From an uncultured Planctomycetaceae bacterium (GTDB lineage Bacteria > Planctomycetota > Planctomycetia > Isosphaerales > Isosphaeraceae): a stretch of DNA of 64,000 bases. How positions within the stretch are numbered: position 1 is the stretch's first letter; each line of letters opens with the position of its first letter. A program made the translations under genes and the position numbers. The notes below the pieces were generated by a model. The model did not search any database and was not told where the DNA came from. It saw only the letters and a program-made list of their open reading frames with translations. Where the stretch lies: assembly GCA_963833985.1 (NCBI GenBank), contig CAWIAD010000002.1, positions 5,984,001 through 6,048,000 of the forward strand, in the 5' to 3' direction. Positions 21,164 to 32,187 of this stretch are shown piece after piece.

Positions 21164-22597
21164 TCACCGCGAGAGGCTGCGGCACACCGCAAGGAAGGTG
21201 GGCTTGAGCGCCGCGAAGTCCTTCTCCGGGCCATCGCAGAGAACCGTGATCCGGCGATCCCTCGTCAGCAGGGTCACGTGGTAGCCGCGCAGCTTCGAGC
21301 CGAAGAGACCCTCGCCTGCGGCCGTGAACACCGAGAGCCGGCCTTCGCCCAGTTGCGACCCCTTGAAGACGGCGGGCTTGCTCTCCGAGAAATCGCTGTA
21401 CTCTTCGGCGGCGGTCTTCTTGTAGAGCTCGTGAGCCACATGGACCGGCGCGAGCTCGCTTCCCTCCGGCTGTGGACCGGCCGAGTCCGAACCGGACATG
21501 AGCGATCCCTTGATGTCGGCGATGACGCGGATCCTGGCCGAGTCCCTGGAAAACGTGGCCCACGAGTACATGTTGTCGGGCCGGCTCCCGGTCTCCGATT
21601 TCCAACCCTGAGGATGGCGGATCTTGAAGGCGTTGTCCTTGGGCGAAAACTCCACAGTTGCCAGCCGCTCGTCGGCAGCCTTGTCAACCTTGCCAGCATC
21701 GCCTGCGCCAAGGTCGCTCGGTGCGGGAGCCGGCTCGCTCTTGCGAGCGACGACGGGCGGCTCGCGAAACCGGATGAGCTGCACGGCAAGCTTGCCGGTC
21801 TCGGGGTCGAGCAAATCCAGGGTCGAGCGCCCCAGGACGATCTTGTACTGGGTCTCGGTGGAGTCTCCATCATCGTTCTTGAACGTCAACTTGAGGCGAT
21901 CACCCTTGAAAGTGTAGGTTCCCACCGACGTCTCCTTCTCCTGGAGCGTCATGGACGCGTTCTTTTTCTCGTCGAGAATCAGGTCGTACCGGGTGTGGAT
22001 GATCGGCTTGCCCGTCTCGAACTCGATCATCGAGCCACGCCACGTGCCGACGATCGTGGGAGGACTGAAGAAGCCGTCGTAGATCATGTAGCCAAAGAAT
22101 CCAAGCAGCAGCGCGACGAAAGCCCCCGCTCCCGCGAGCACGCGCTTGTCCAGCGCGTCGGGGTTCGCGGCTTTCTTCTTCTTGCCCCCCTTCTTCTTTT
22201 TCTTTTTGACCGCGGAACCGTTCTGGGACGCCGCGGCTGCCGGGGCGCTGAGCCGCGAAAGAACGGGCTCGGCGGTCGCGACCGGCGGCGCCACGTCCTC
22301 GAAGAGGAATGAGCGCTCCGGCGCTTCGGGCTGCGGCTCGGCTGAAGCGCGAGGCTTCGCCCTGGCCTTCCCGGACGATGCGGAGCCGCGGTTGACCTGC
22401 TCCACGAAACCCCGCGCGATCAGCTCGCTGGCCATCCGATCGCTGGCCGCCAGGGCAGCCTGCTCGCTGCCAAGCTCCTTCTCGTTGCGCTTCGAGCTGC
22501 CGTCGGAACCCATCTGGACCACGCTCATGAGGGTGCCGGTCACGTCGATCACGACGATCTTCCGGCCAGCGGACGTAGCAAGACTGAACCGGCGCAT
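21164..22597 (-). CDS. Bitopic membrane protein: degenerate WGR-like N-terminal domain, poly-Lys linker, TM helix, two predicted periplasmic beta/PsbP-like domains
   Basis: CAGGAG RBS before ATG 22597; MRRF...ELIARGFVE N-domain; KKKKKKGGKKKK; TM AFVALLLGFFGYMIY; IVGTW and FKIRHPQGW domain starts. Confidence 0.7.
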   Translation of the reverse strand: MRRFSLATSAGRKIVVIDVTGTLMSVVQMGSDGSSKRNEKELGSEQAALAASDRMASELIARGFVEQVNRGSASSGKARAKPRASAEPQPEAPERSFLFEDVAPPVATAEPVLSRLSAPAAAASQNGSAVKKKKKKGGKKKKAANPDALDKRVLAGAGAFVALLLGFFGYMIYDGFFSPPTIVGTWRGSMIEFETGKPIIHTRYDLILDEKKNASMTLQEKETSVGTYTFKGDRLKLTFKNDDGDSTETQYKIVLGRSTLDLLDPETGKLAVQLIRFREPPVVARKSEPAPAPSDLGAGDAGKVDKAADERLATVEFSPKDNAFKIRHPQGWKSETGSRPDNMYSWATFSRDSARIRVIADIKGSLMSGSDSAGPQPEGSELAPVHVAHELYKKTAAEEYSDFSESKPAVFKGSQLGEGRLSVFTAAGEGLFGSKLRGYHVTLLTRDRRITVLCDGPEKDFAALKPTFLAVCRSLSR

Positions 22598-22812
22598 CGC
22601 GGGTGGCTCCTGGTGATCGGCAGCAGAGCTTTGAGAGATGTTGCAGCCGAAAGGAGAACCGAAATTACCAAAACCGCACTTCGCGGGCAGGCAGGATCTT
22701 ACACGGCGGCGGGCTTCCATGCAATCGAAAAAGTGGGAGGCTACTGGGCCGGGACGGGAATGCCTTATTCTTCATCGAAAGGACACACAGCGCTCCCGAT
22801 GTGCTCACCGTG

Positions 22813-24108
22813 TCAGTCGTCGCCCTCCAGCTCCAAAACTCCATCCTCGAGCATCTGCTGAGCCTTGCGAACCAGTCCCCGACGCACCGTTTCCAGGTCT
22901 GCGGGGAGAGCGCCCGGCGGAATCTCCTCGAGCACGCGCAGCGCGGCCACGGGCCGCTGACCATCGCGAATCAGGATCTGGGCCAGCTTGACCCGCATCT
23001 TCAAAGAGCGGTCGGGAAAACGCCGGCAGTGGTCGCGCATCAGCCGGATCGAGCTGGCCTCGGCGCCCGCCGCGTGCATCGCCTTGATGAAGCCGTAAAG
23101 ATCGGTTTGAGACGGCCAGTCGGGCAGGACGCGGACGGCCCTGTCATAAGCCGCGACCGCACCGGGAATGTCCCGATCGTCCAGCAACGAGCGCACGCGC
23201 CGCACCGCCATCCGTCCGCGCTCCGAAGCGTCGGGGCCATCCTCGGGCCCGTCGTCAGGCACCCGGCTGGATCGGGCCCTGGACCGCGAGGGCGAGCGCG
23301 TCCTCATGTTCTGCTGGTCCAGGAGGCGGCCGCGTTGTTCCCAGTCGCGAGCCAGTTTGCGGCGCTTCTGCCAGAGTGCGAACAGATCCCACCCCTCACA
23401 ATCGACGAGCCCTGCCTTGAGCAAAACAACCGCGACGACCGTGCCCCAGAAGGCGCCGGAGAGATGCCCCAGCTCCGTGACCATCAGCTTGCCGCCCAGA
23501 GTTCCCCAGAAAACCAGGCCGAAAACCTGCTCGCCAATGTAGAAGAGGGCCACGGTCGTGTAGTAGAGATCCCAGTGATAGACCAGGCTGCGGAATCCGA
23601 TCAGGAGGATCACGATGCAGTTCAGCTCGTTGCGCGGCGCCCAGACCATGCAGACGGCAAGCAGGCCGTAGACCACGGCCGACGCTCCGGCCGCGTGGCT
23701 ATCCAGACCGGAGTTCCGCATCAAGATCTGCACGAATGCGCCGTGTAGTGTGCCGATGGCCAGGTAAGCCAGCAAATACTTGATCGCGCCCAGCTTCCCC
23801 TCGACCACAATTCCGAAGGCCCACAGGAACACCATGTTCCCGGCCAGATGCAGGAGTCCGTAGTGCAGGAAGTTATGAGTCAGCCATTGCACCGGGTGCA
23901 GCTTGCCGTCCCCGACGGCCAGCGCATAGCGCTCGAAGCTGGAAACCGTCTCGGCATCCTCGATCACCTCGTCGTGCTCGTCCAGCCGCACCTTGCCGGC
24001 GACAGGCGGCACGAGAAAAAGCAGCGCCACGTTCAGCACGATCAGCGCCACCGTGGCGTAGGGCCAGTGGTAGATGGGGGCGTCGGTACCGGTCGGAATG
24101 ACAATCAT
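22813..24108 (-). CDS. Rhomboid family intramembrane serine protease with C-terminal TPR-like extension
   Basis: FLHYGLLHLAGNMVFLW, GASAVVYG (catalytic Ser), GHLSGAFWG (catalytic His). Confidence 0.88.
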   Translation of the reverse strand: MIVIPTGTDAPIYHWPYATVALIVLNVALLFLVPPVAGKVRLDEHDEVIEDAETVSSFERYALAVGDGKLHPVQWLTHNFLHYGLLHLAGNMVFLWAFGIVVEGKLGAIKYLLAYLAIGTLHGAFVQILMRNSGLDSHAAGASAVVYGLLAVCMVWAPRNELNCIVILLIGFRSLVYHWDLYYTTVALFYIGEQVFGLVFWGTLGGKLMVTELGHLSGAFWGTVVAVVLLKAGLVDCEGWDLFALWQKRRKLARDWEQRGRLLDQQNMRTRSPSRSRARSSRVPDDGPEDGPDASERGRMAVRRVRSLLDDRDIPGAVAAYDRAVRVLPDWPSQTDLYGFIKAMHAAGAEASSIRLMRDHCRRFPDRSLKMRVKLAQILIRDGQRPVAALRVLEEIPPGALPADLETVRRGLVRKAQQMLEDGVLELEGDD

Positions 24109-24326
24109 GTGCGCAGTTTCCTGACCATTGATCCATCCGCCGCGGCGCCCCGTTAAGCTACCAAAGGCGTGGCGCGACTGGGAACAAGATGCCGGCGGCG
24201 GACTGCGGAAGAACCCGAATTTTGTCGTGGAACGGCCTTTGCCGTGGACTTATACTGACAACTGTCTTAGGGAGTCGTGCTTCCGCATCATCGAATACTT
24301 CACACGTTTCGTGAAAGGAATCTGGA

Positions 24327-26875
24327 ATGAGTCGGCTGGCGAACGCTTCGATGCTCTGGTCCCGGCGTGCCTCTGGACCGGTACACTGGCTTGTTCTGTT
24401 CGCGGTGGTGGGCGCGCTTGCCTGCCTCGCGCCGCGTACTGCCGCGCAGGCACCCGGCGCCACTGCCGCGCAGGCACCCGGCGCCACTGCCGCGCAGGCA
24501 CCCGGCGCGACCGCCGCTGCCTCACTGACCCGATATGTTCCACAGCACGATCTGATAGCCTGCCTGGAATTTGAAGGGCTGGATGCCCACGGCGAGGCCT
24601 GGCGCAAGACCGCCGCATACAGGTTGCTCAACAACACGTCGATGGGGGCCCTGCTGGAAGATCTGGCGACCCAGGTGATCGATCAGACTCAACAGTCGCG
24701 TCCCCAGGACCAGCGCGTGCCCGCCGGCCGCGTTCTGAACGTGCTGAAGCAGGTGGCGCGGAGCGGTCTGGCTGTCGCCCTGTTCGGGAAGCCCAATGGC
24801 GAACACGTGATGCTCGTGATCCGCAAGGGGAGCCAGCAGGACGTCGCTCGGCTCATGGAGCACATGACCGCGAACGAACCAGGTCAACCGGATCAGATAC
24901 CGGCACCCATCCAGAAGGGCGGAAGGACCGTGCACCCGCTGGGGACAGAGAACTGCTGGTGGCTCGAAAAGGATGACCTGATCCTCACGGACCAGGAGGG
25001 GATCGAGACGGTTGTCGCGGTCATCGAGGGCAAGCAACCCAGCGCCACGGCCCATCCGCTGCGCTCGGTGCTCTCCCGGTCCAGTGAGGGGTTCGAGCCG
25101 GCGGCCTACGGCTTCGTGGACATGGCCGCTCTTCCTGCGCCGCCCGAAAAGGCAGCCAGGCTGGGCCTGGGCGGTGTGAAGCGGATTGAGCTGCAATGGG
25201 GCTTTCAGGGCGAGGCACTGCTGACGCGCCTGCACGTGGCGGCCCCGGCGCCGCGGCAGGGCTTGCTCGGGCTCTTTGACCAGCCGACGTTCGATGCGGC
25301 GTCGTTGCCGTTGATCCCCGCGGGCCGGACGGCGTTTGCCGTGCTCTCGATCGATCTGGCGAAGACCTACGACCGGGTCGTCTCTCTTCTGAAGTCTGCC
25401 GAACCGGCGGCGGAACAGGGCATCGACGCGTTCGAGAACGCGTTCCGAGGCCAGCTGGGGCTGAACGTGCACAACGACCTGCTGAAGCACCTGGGGCCGA
25501 AGCTGGCACTCTACTCCCAGGAATCCGGCGCCGCACCAGCGGAGAATCCCATGGCCGCGTTGATGTCGGTCTACACGGGACTGACGCTCTCCATTGAGGC
25601 CCGCGACCCGGCCGAGCTCGGCAAACAGCTTGATGTGTTGATCAAGAGTGTGAACCAGGTCCTTTCCCAGCACCGGCTGGCGGGGTTGCCGACGCGCCGC
25701 AGTTCCGCAAGAAGGACGGGCCCGCCGTGGAGTACGTCCTTGACTTCCCTCCCGGCTCGGTCCCGAACGGACCGCTGAGCATGCTCTCGCCCACGATTGC
25801 CCTGGACAAGGAGCGACTGATCGTCAGCGGCACATCCTCCGCGGCGGAGCAGGCGCTGGCCTTGGGTACCGGCCCCGCCACCGGGCGTTATTCCGCGCAG
25901 GCGGCGGACCCGCGGATGGCCGAAAAGCTTCCCCATAACCTGATGATGCTTGTCATGACCGACCCGCGCGTCACCATGCCGGCCATCATCCAGAGCCTGC
26001 CAACCCTGGCCCAGACATTCAATGCACAGCTCGCACAGGGAGGGCAGGGAAGAAACGGTCCGGGGCTCGAGATCCAGGTCGATCCACAGAAGCTGCCCCC
26101 GGCAGAGCAATTGCGTTCCCTGCTCTTCCCTTCAACCACGTCGCTGACGGCCGATGCGCAGGGGATCACGATTCTCCAGCGCGAGCCGGTCCCCTCGATC
26201 ACCTCGCCGGCGTCCGGCGGCTTCCTGCTCGGGATCACAATGCCGGCCACGCAGGCGGCCCGGGAGGCGGCCCGCCGCGCCCAGTGCAGCAACAACGTGA
26301 AGCAGATCTTGCTGGCCTGGCACAACGTCCATTCCGCCACAAACTCTTTTCCCAGGGACATCACCGACAAGGATGGCAAGCCGCTCTTGAGCTGGCGCGT
26401 GGCCATCCTGCCCTACATCGAGCAGGGCGAGCTGTACAACAAGTTCAAGCTCGATGAGCCCTGGGACAGCCCGCAAAACAAGGAGCTCATCAAGGAGATG
26501 CCCGCGACGTACAAGTGCCCCAGCCGCAGCAAGCCCGAGCCGTTCACGACGAGCTATCGCAGCTTCCAGGGCCCGACCGCAATCCACGAGCCGGACCATA
26601 ACGTCGCCATCGCCGATATCCTGGACGGCACCTCGAACACGATTGCCGTGGTGGAAGCCACGGAGGCCACGATCTGGACCAAGCCGGGCGGCTTAGTATT
26701 CGACCCGGAGGCGAAGCCCTCTCTTTACGGGGCTGGCTCGCCCCACCCCGGGGGTTTCAACGCCGCGTTTGCCGACGGTTCGGTCCGTTTCATCAAGAAC
26801 ACGATCAGTACCATCGTCTTCAAGGCACTCATCACGCGCAACGGCGGCGAGGTGATCGCAGGGGATGCGTTCTGA
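24327..26875 (+). CDS. Secreted DUF1559-domain protein with large N-terminal domain, frameshift at about 25671
   Basis: ORFs 24327..25778 and 25727..26875 join; AAREAARRAQCSNNVKQI, PLLSWRVAILPYIEQ, DGTSNTI, HPGGFNAAFADGSVRF. Confidence 0.85.
24438..24509 (+). repeat. In-frame 24-bp tandem repeat x3 encoding TAAQAPGA
   Basis: ACTGCCGCGCAGGCACCCGGCGCC at 24438, 24462 and 24486 (last base differs in copy 3). Confidence 0.95.
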
Positions 26876-26961
26876 GGCGGGCGGTTCCCGGCCGCGTGCA
26901 ACGCCGCGTCAGTCCGAGTGCCGGCGCGGCTTTTCAATCCGCGGGAGTCGTGCTCTAATCG

Positions 26962-27091
26962 CAATACCGTTGAAATAGAGCTAACGAAAAGGGGGGCAAG
27001 AGCTTTGCGACAGACTTGTTCCCACGCTCTGCGTGGGAACGAGGGACAAACCTATGCTCGTACCCAACTTATCGTTATTTCAACGGTATTG
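26962..27091. mobile_element. 130-bp MITE with perfect 16-bp TIRs and a 10-bp target-site duplication
   Basis: TIR CAATACCGTTGAAATA (26962-26977) / TATTTCAACGGTATTG (27076-27091); direct repeat GCTCTAATCG at 26952-26961 and 27092-27101. Confidence 0.85.
27015..27043. repeat. REP-like palindrome inside the MITE
   Basis: GTTCCCACGC-TCT-GCGTGGGAAC perfect 10-bp stem. Confidence 0.8.
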
Positions 27092-27169
27092 GCTCTAATC
27101 GGATTCTTGCATGCGGGCCAGGGTGGCCACGGTTCCATCGATCCCTGGCTGACCCATTGTTTGAGATCC

Positions 27170-28248
27170 ATGCCCATGAACATTGTCGAACATCGGGCCG
27201 CGAGCGTTTCGCCCTCCGGGACAGAAGAAGTTCCGGACGAAACGCTCGACTTCATCCGCTCGGTACGCCAGCGCGTGGGGACGGTGGTCGTCGGCCAGGA
27301 TGCCGTCGTCGAACGGCTGCTCGTGGCCCTCTTCACCGGCGGCCACCTGCTCTTGCAAGGGGTTCCCGGGCTGGCCAAGACGCTGCTGGTCTCCGTGCTC
27401 TCGAAGACGATCGACCTCCATTTCGCCCGCATCCAGTTCACCGTCGATCTGCTGCCATCAGATATCCTCGGCTCGGAGATCCTCGACCAGCGCACCAATG
27501 ATTTCCGGATCCACAAGGGACCGATCTTCACGAACCTGCTGCTGGCCGACGAGATCAACCGGGCCGCGCCCAAGGTGCAGAGCGCGCTTGCTGGAGGCCA
27601 TGCAGGAGCGGCGTGTCACGATCGGCAACGAGACGTTCAAGCTCCCCGCACCGTTCCTGGTGATCGCCACCCAGAACCCGATCGAGCAGAGCGGCACGTT
27701 CGAGCTGCCCGAAGCGCAGCTCGACCGCTTCATGCTCTGTCACCGGCTCGACTATCCGACTCCTGAGGAAGAGAAGGAGATCCTCAAGCGCAACGCCGCC
27801 CTGGGCGTGCGCCGCGAGGATCGCGGGAGCCGTCGCACGTACCGAATTCGACGCCCTGGAGGGCGGCCCGGTCGCGACGCACGGAAGAGCTCGTGCGGGC
27901 GATGGAGGCCGTGCACGAGGTCTACGTCAGCGAGACCTTCACCGATCACGTCGTCGAGATCGTCAAGCGGACGCCGCACACACCCCGCTCTGAGCTTGGG
28001 GCAAGCCCGCGCGCGGGATCGCGCTGGTCAAGGGTTCGCGTGCCCGCGCCTTGATCCACGGCCGCAACTACGTGATTCCCGAGGACCTCTTCGCCCTGGC
28101 CGAAGACGTGATCCTGCACCGCATCCGTCTGAGCTACGAGGCACTTGCCGACGGCCTGACCGGAGCCGAAGTGCTCAAGGAGATCCTCGGCCCCTTTGGT
28201 CCGGCGCCCGCGCCGCGGACCGCAACGCCGAATGGCAGTGTGCGATAG
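27170..28248 (+). CDS. moxR: MoxR family AAA+ ATPase (several frameshifts)
   Basis: GHLLLQGVPGLAKT Walker A, RIQFTVDLLPSDI, LLADEINRAAPKVQSA, ATQNPIEQSGTFELPEAQLDRF spread over several frames. Confidence 0.9.
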
Positions 28249-28305
28249 CAAGAAGGTTCCTTGAGCGGTCGGTGCGGTGAACCGTCCCGTCCCCGGTCCC
28301 TTGAA

Positions 28306-29188
28306 ATGACGTCGCCGGAGCACCCCATTGGAAGGGCAGATTCAGAGCCACGACCTCCTCGATTCGCGGCAGTTCCAGCTGGCCGTGAAGCGGCTGGCCG
28401 ACAGCCTGAGCTACGGCACCGACCGCTCGCCATTCCTTGGCGCGGGGATCGAGTATGTCCAGTCGCGGCCTTACCAGTACGGCGACCCGATCAAGCTGAT
28501 CGACTGGAAGGTGACCGCGCGCACCCGCAGGGTGCACGTCAAGGAGTACGAGGCGCCCAAGCGGATGCCCGTCTACCTGCTCGTGGACACCTCGGCGTCG
28601 ATGACGATCAGCTCGCACCACCCGAGCAAGTACGAGACGGCCGTCTTCCTGGCTGGCGGCCTGGCCCTGGCGTGCCTGGAGCGGATCAGCCCGTGGGTCT
28701 CCTGGGTGTCGGCGGCCAGAACCTGCACGTGCGGCCCAGCCTCTCGAAAGACCAGGTGATGCAGTGGCTGCACAAGCTGCGGACGCTACCGCTACGACGA
28801 GCCGACCTCCCTGGGAGCGCGGCTGGTCGAGCTGATTCCCAGCCTGACCCAGCGCGTGCTGGTGATCGTTCTCAGCGACCTTCACGACCCTCGCGCCTTG
28901 CCCGCCCTGCGCCGGCTCGTGCAGCAGCATGACGCCGTGGTGCTCCAGGTGCGGGACCCGGCCGAGGACCGACTTCACGGTGTGGGCTTCGTCCGCGGCC
29001 GCGAGGCCGAGACCGGCCGCCCGTTCGTTGTCCGGGGCCGGGCGCGGTGGCTCGATCAGGATCGGATCAGTGATGAGTTGAAGCGGGACGGCATCGATCA
29101 CCTGCTGATCGAGACGGACCGGCCATTCGTGTCGCGTCTGCGCCAGTTCTTCAAGCATCGCAACCTGCTGGGGCGAGGAGCGCGCTAG
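28306..29188 (+). CDS. DUF58 domain protein (frameshifted)
   Basis: [52 protein letters not shown] across ORFs 28328..28759 and 28856..29188. Confidence 0.88.
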
Positions 29189-29190
29189 CG

Positions 29191-30094
29191 ATGTTCACTC
29201 GCCGCCGCTGGGCAGGATGGCTGACTGGCTGCTTCTTGCAGGGCGTTCTCCGGCTCCTTGCGGCCCATGCCGGACCGCCGGCAGAAGCCGCGTCCGACGC
29301 GCACCTGAGCGTCGGGATGACAGGCCAGATCGACCAGCTCGTACTCCCCGGCTCCGAGCTCGAAGTCCGGCCGCTGGAGGACCGCCGCGCTCCATTCGTC
29401 TTGCGTATCACGGACGTTTACCCGCACGGCTCGGCGTTCCGGTACGACCTGGTTTACTACGGGCTCGAGCCGGGCCGGTACGATCTGCGGAACTACCTGA
29501 GGCGGAAGGACGGCTCGGCCCTGGGTGAGCTGCCGCCCGTGCTGGTGCAGGTTGAGCCGATCTTGCCGCCCGGTCAGGTCGAGCCCAGCCCGCTGGAGCT
29601 GGCGCCTTCGCCCCGGCTGGGAGGCTATCGCTGGCTGCTCGCGCTGGGCGGTTCGCTCTGGTGCGCGGGCCTGGTGGCGATTGTGGTGCTCGGCCGGCGC
29701 AGGGTGAGTGAGGCCGTATCGAACGCCGGCAAACCGGCGACACTGGCTGACCGGCTCAGGCCCCTGGTCGACGCGGCCGTCGCCGGCACGCTTGACCAGG
29801 GCCAGCAGGCGGAGCTGGAACGCCTGCTGATCGGCTACTGGCGGAAGCGGCTGGGACTGGAACAGCAGAGCCCGTCAGGCGCCATGGCGGCGCTCCGTGC
29901 TCATCCGCAGGCCGGAGCGCTCATCCGCACGCTCGAGGACTGGCTGCACCGACCCGCGGCCGACAGAGCGCAGAACCGTCGACGTGGCCGCCCTGCTGCG
30001 TCCCTACCAGGACTTGCCCCCCGACGAATCGGCTCCGGTTGGACCGGCCGATCCGGCCCCCGAACCGGCGGCGTCACGTGGAGAACGCCCTTGA
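29191..30094 (+). CDS. Conserved membrane protein of the MoxR/VWA operon (frameshift at about 29975)
   Basis: Signal peptide, beta domain, TM GGYRWLLALGGSLWCAGLVAIVV, helical tail LEDWLHRP; abuts DUF58 and VWA genes. Confidence 0.7.
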
Positions 30095-31013
30095 GCTTCG
30101 CCTATCCCTGGCTGTGCTGGCCTTGCTCGCGGTGCCGCTCCTGCTTCTGGGCTGGGTCTGGAAGCGGACGGGCGGCGGAGTGGCCCTGCCGTTTGACCAC
30201 GGCGGCAACAGACCACGGGACGGGGCTGGGCGATCGTGCTCAAGCTGGCCGACTCACTGCCTGCTCTGGTCCTGGCCCTGGTGATCGTGCTCCTGGCCGG
30301 GCCGCAGCAGCTGAGCGCACCCACGGACCAGGCGCGTGCTCACCAATATCGAATTCTGCGTCGACGTCTCGAGCAGCATGAACACGCCGCTTGGCGACGG
30401 CACGCGCTACGACGCATCGATGAAGGCGATCGATGAGTTCCTGAAGATCCGACAAGGGCGACGCGTTCGGATTGACCTTCTTCGGCAATAACGTGATCCA
30501 CTGGGTTCCGCTGACGAGCGATCCCTCCGCGGTCCGCTGTGCTCCGCCGTTCATGAAGCCCGAGAACGTGCCGATGTGGATGGCCGGCACCATGATCGGC
30601 AAGGCGCTGCTGGCCTGCAAGGAAATCCTCACCAGCCGCGAGGAGGGGGACCGGATGATCATCCTGGTCTCCGACGGCGACAGCTTCGATCTCTCCGGCG
30701 GCAACGACGAGGCCGTTGCGCAGACGCTCCGGCAGAACAACATCACGGTCTACGCGATTCATATCTCCGCCGGCGACATCCCCGGCGAGATCGCCAACGA
30801 TCACCGGCCTGACCGGCGGCGAGGTCTTCCCCGTGGACGACCCGCAGTCGCTCCAGGCGGTCTTCCGGCGGATCGATGCCATGAAGCGCGACCCGGCTCG
30901 AGAAGACGGCGTCGGAGCTACTCGACGACTTCGCTCCCTTCTGCATGGCCGGGCTGGTCCTCCTCGGGCTGACCGGCCTGACCCTCTTCGGGCTGAGGTA
31001 CACGCCATGGTGA
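30091..31013 (+). CDS. BatA-like VWA domain membrane protein (multiple frameshifts)
   Basis: Start TTG SFAYPW; LLAGPQ; MIDAS VDVSSSM; GTMIGKAL; ILVSDGDS; C-terminal GLRYTPW*. Confidence 0.8.
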
Positions 31014-32083
31014 GCCAGTCTGCCGTGTCTCCCACGAGCTGGCCGCGGCCGCCATGGCGCTGCTTGCGGCCATGGCCGAACTGCTGCACGCGCGCCGCTG
31101 CCGTCGACTTGCCCGTCTGGCCTTCGGCCCAGACCATCGGCCCGCGCCCTGGGCGCGCCTGGCCCCGGTACTGCGCGTGCTGGCGATGACCGCGCTGGCC
31201 TGGGGTCTGGTGACGCTGCTGGAGCTTCCGCCCAAGATGCATGTTGCCGAGACCGTGCCCGATAACGAGCGCCGGCACGTCTTGATCGTGCTCGACGTCT
31301 CGCCCAGCATGCGTCTGAAGGACGCCGGCCCGAACGCCGACCAGGCCGGATGAAGCGCGCGGCCGACGTCATGGAATCGTTCCTTCAGCGGATCCCGGTG
31401 GAGCTGTACCTGGTCTCGGTCGTGGCCTGCTACAACGGCGCCAAGCCCGTCGTGGTCGACACAAAGGACCTGGAAGTGGTCCGCAACATCTTCGGCGACC
31501 TGCCCATGCATTATGCCTTTCCGGCCGGCAAGACCGATCTATTCTCGGGCCTGGCGGAAGCCGTCAGGATCGCCCAGCCCTGGCAGCCGAAGAGCACCCT
31601 GCTCTTGCTGCTCTCTGACGGCGACACCGTGCCCGCGACCGGCATGCCCAGGATGCCCGCCTCGATCGCCGACGTGCTGATCGTGGGCGTGGGCGACCCC
31701 CGCAGGGCACGTTCATCGACGGCAGGATGTCGCGGCAAGATCGCAATCGACCCTGCGCCAGATCGCCGCCCGGCTGGGCGGCATCTATCACGACGGCAAC
31801 GCCAAGCACCTCGGTACCGCAGCTCCTGGGCCGTCTGACCATGATCCCCCGCAAGAGCGCCTTCGAGCGGCTGACCCGCCGCGAATACGCCCTCATGGCA
31901 TGCGGCTGCGGTGCGCTGGTGCTGGCTTTCTTGCCCCTTCTACTCCACTACCACGGCACGCGCTGGAAGCCGGGAGTGCATGCCACCGGCCGAACGGCAA
32001 CACGCCGCCAACGCCAGCGCGGCCACCAGGTGTCAGCCCTGCACCCGCAGGCATCGCCATCGGCCGCACTTCAGCGGATTTGA
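31007..32083 (+). CDS. BatB-like VWA domain membrane protein (multiple frameshifts)
   Basis: MIDAS LDVSPSM, GKTDLFSG, LLSDGDT, IVGVGD; TM segments at both ends. Confidence 0.8.
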
Positions 32084-32187
32084 GTATCCGCTGGAATGGG
32101 AAAACGCTACTTTTGTAAGAGACACTTCCCGAAGGCCGGCAGCCCGGGTGAGTCAATGGTGGATCCACTGAGCTGAAAGGGGACTCC

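Noticed and set aside
26918..27169. N-terminal extension of MoxR shown in the ORF track
   Set aside because: It runs through the MITE; MoxR similarity starts after ATG 27170/27176.
31351..31353. TGA in the second VWA gene as another selenocysteine
   Set aside because: The protein continues in a different frame (RMKRAADV), so this is a frameshift; no Cys context and no hairpin.
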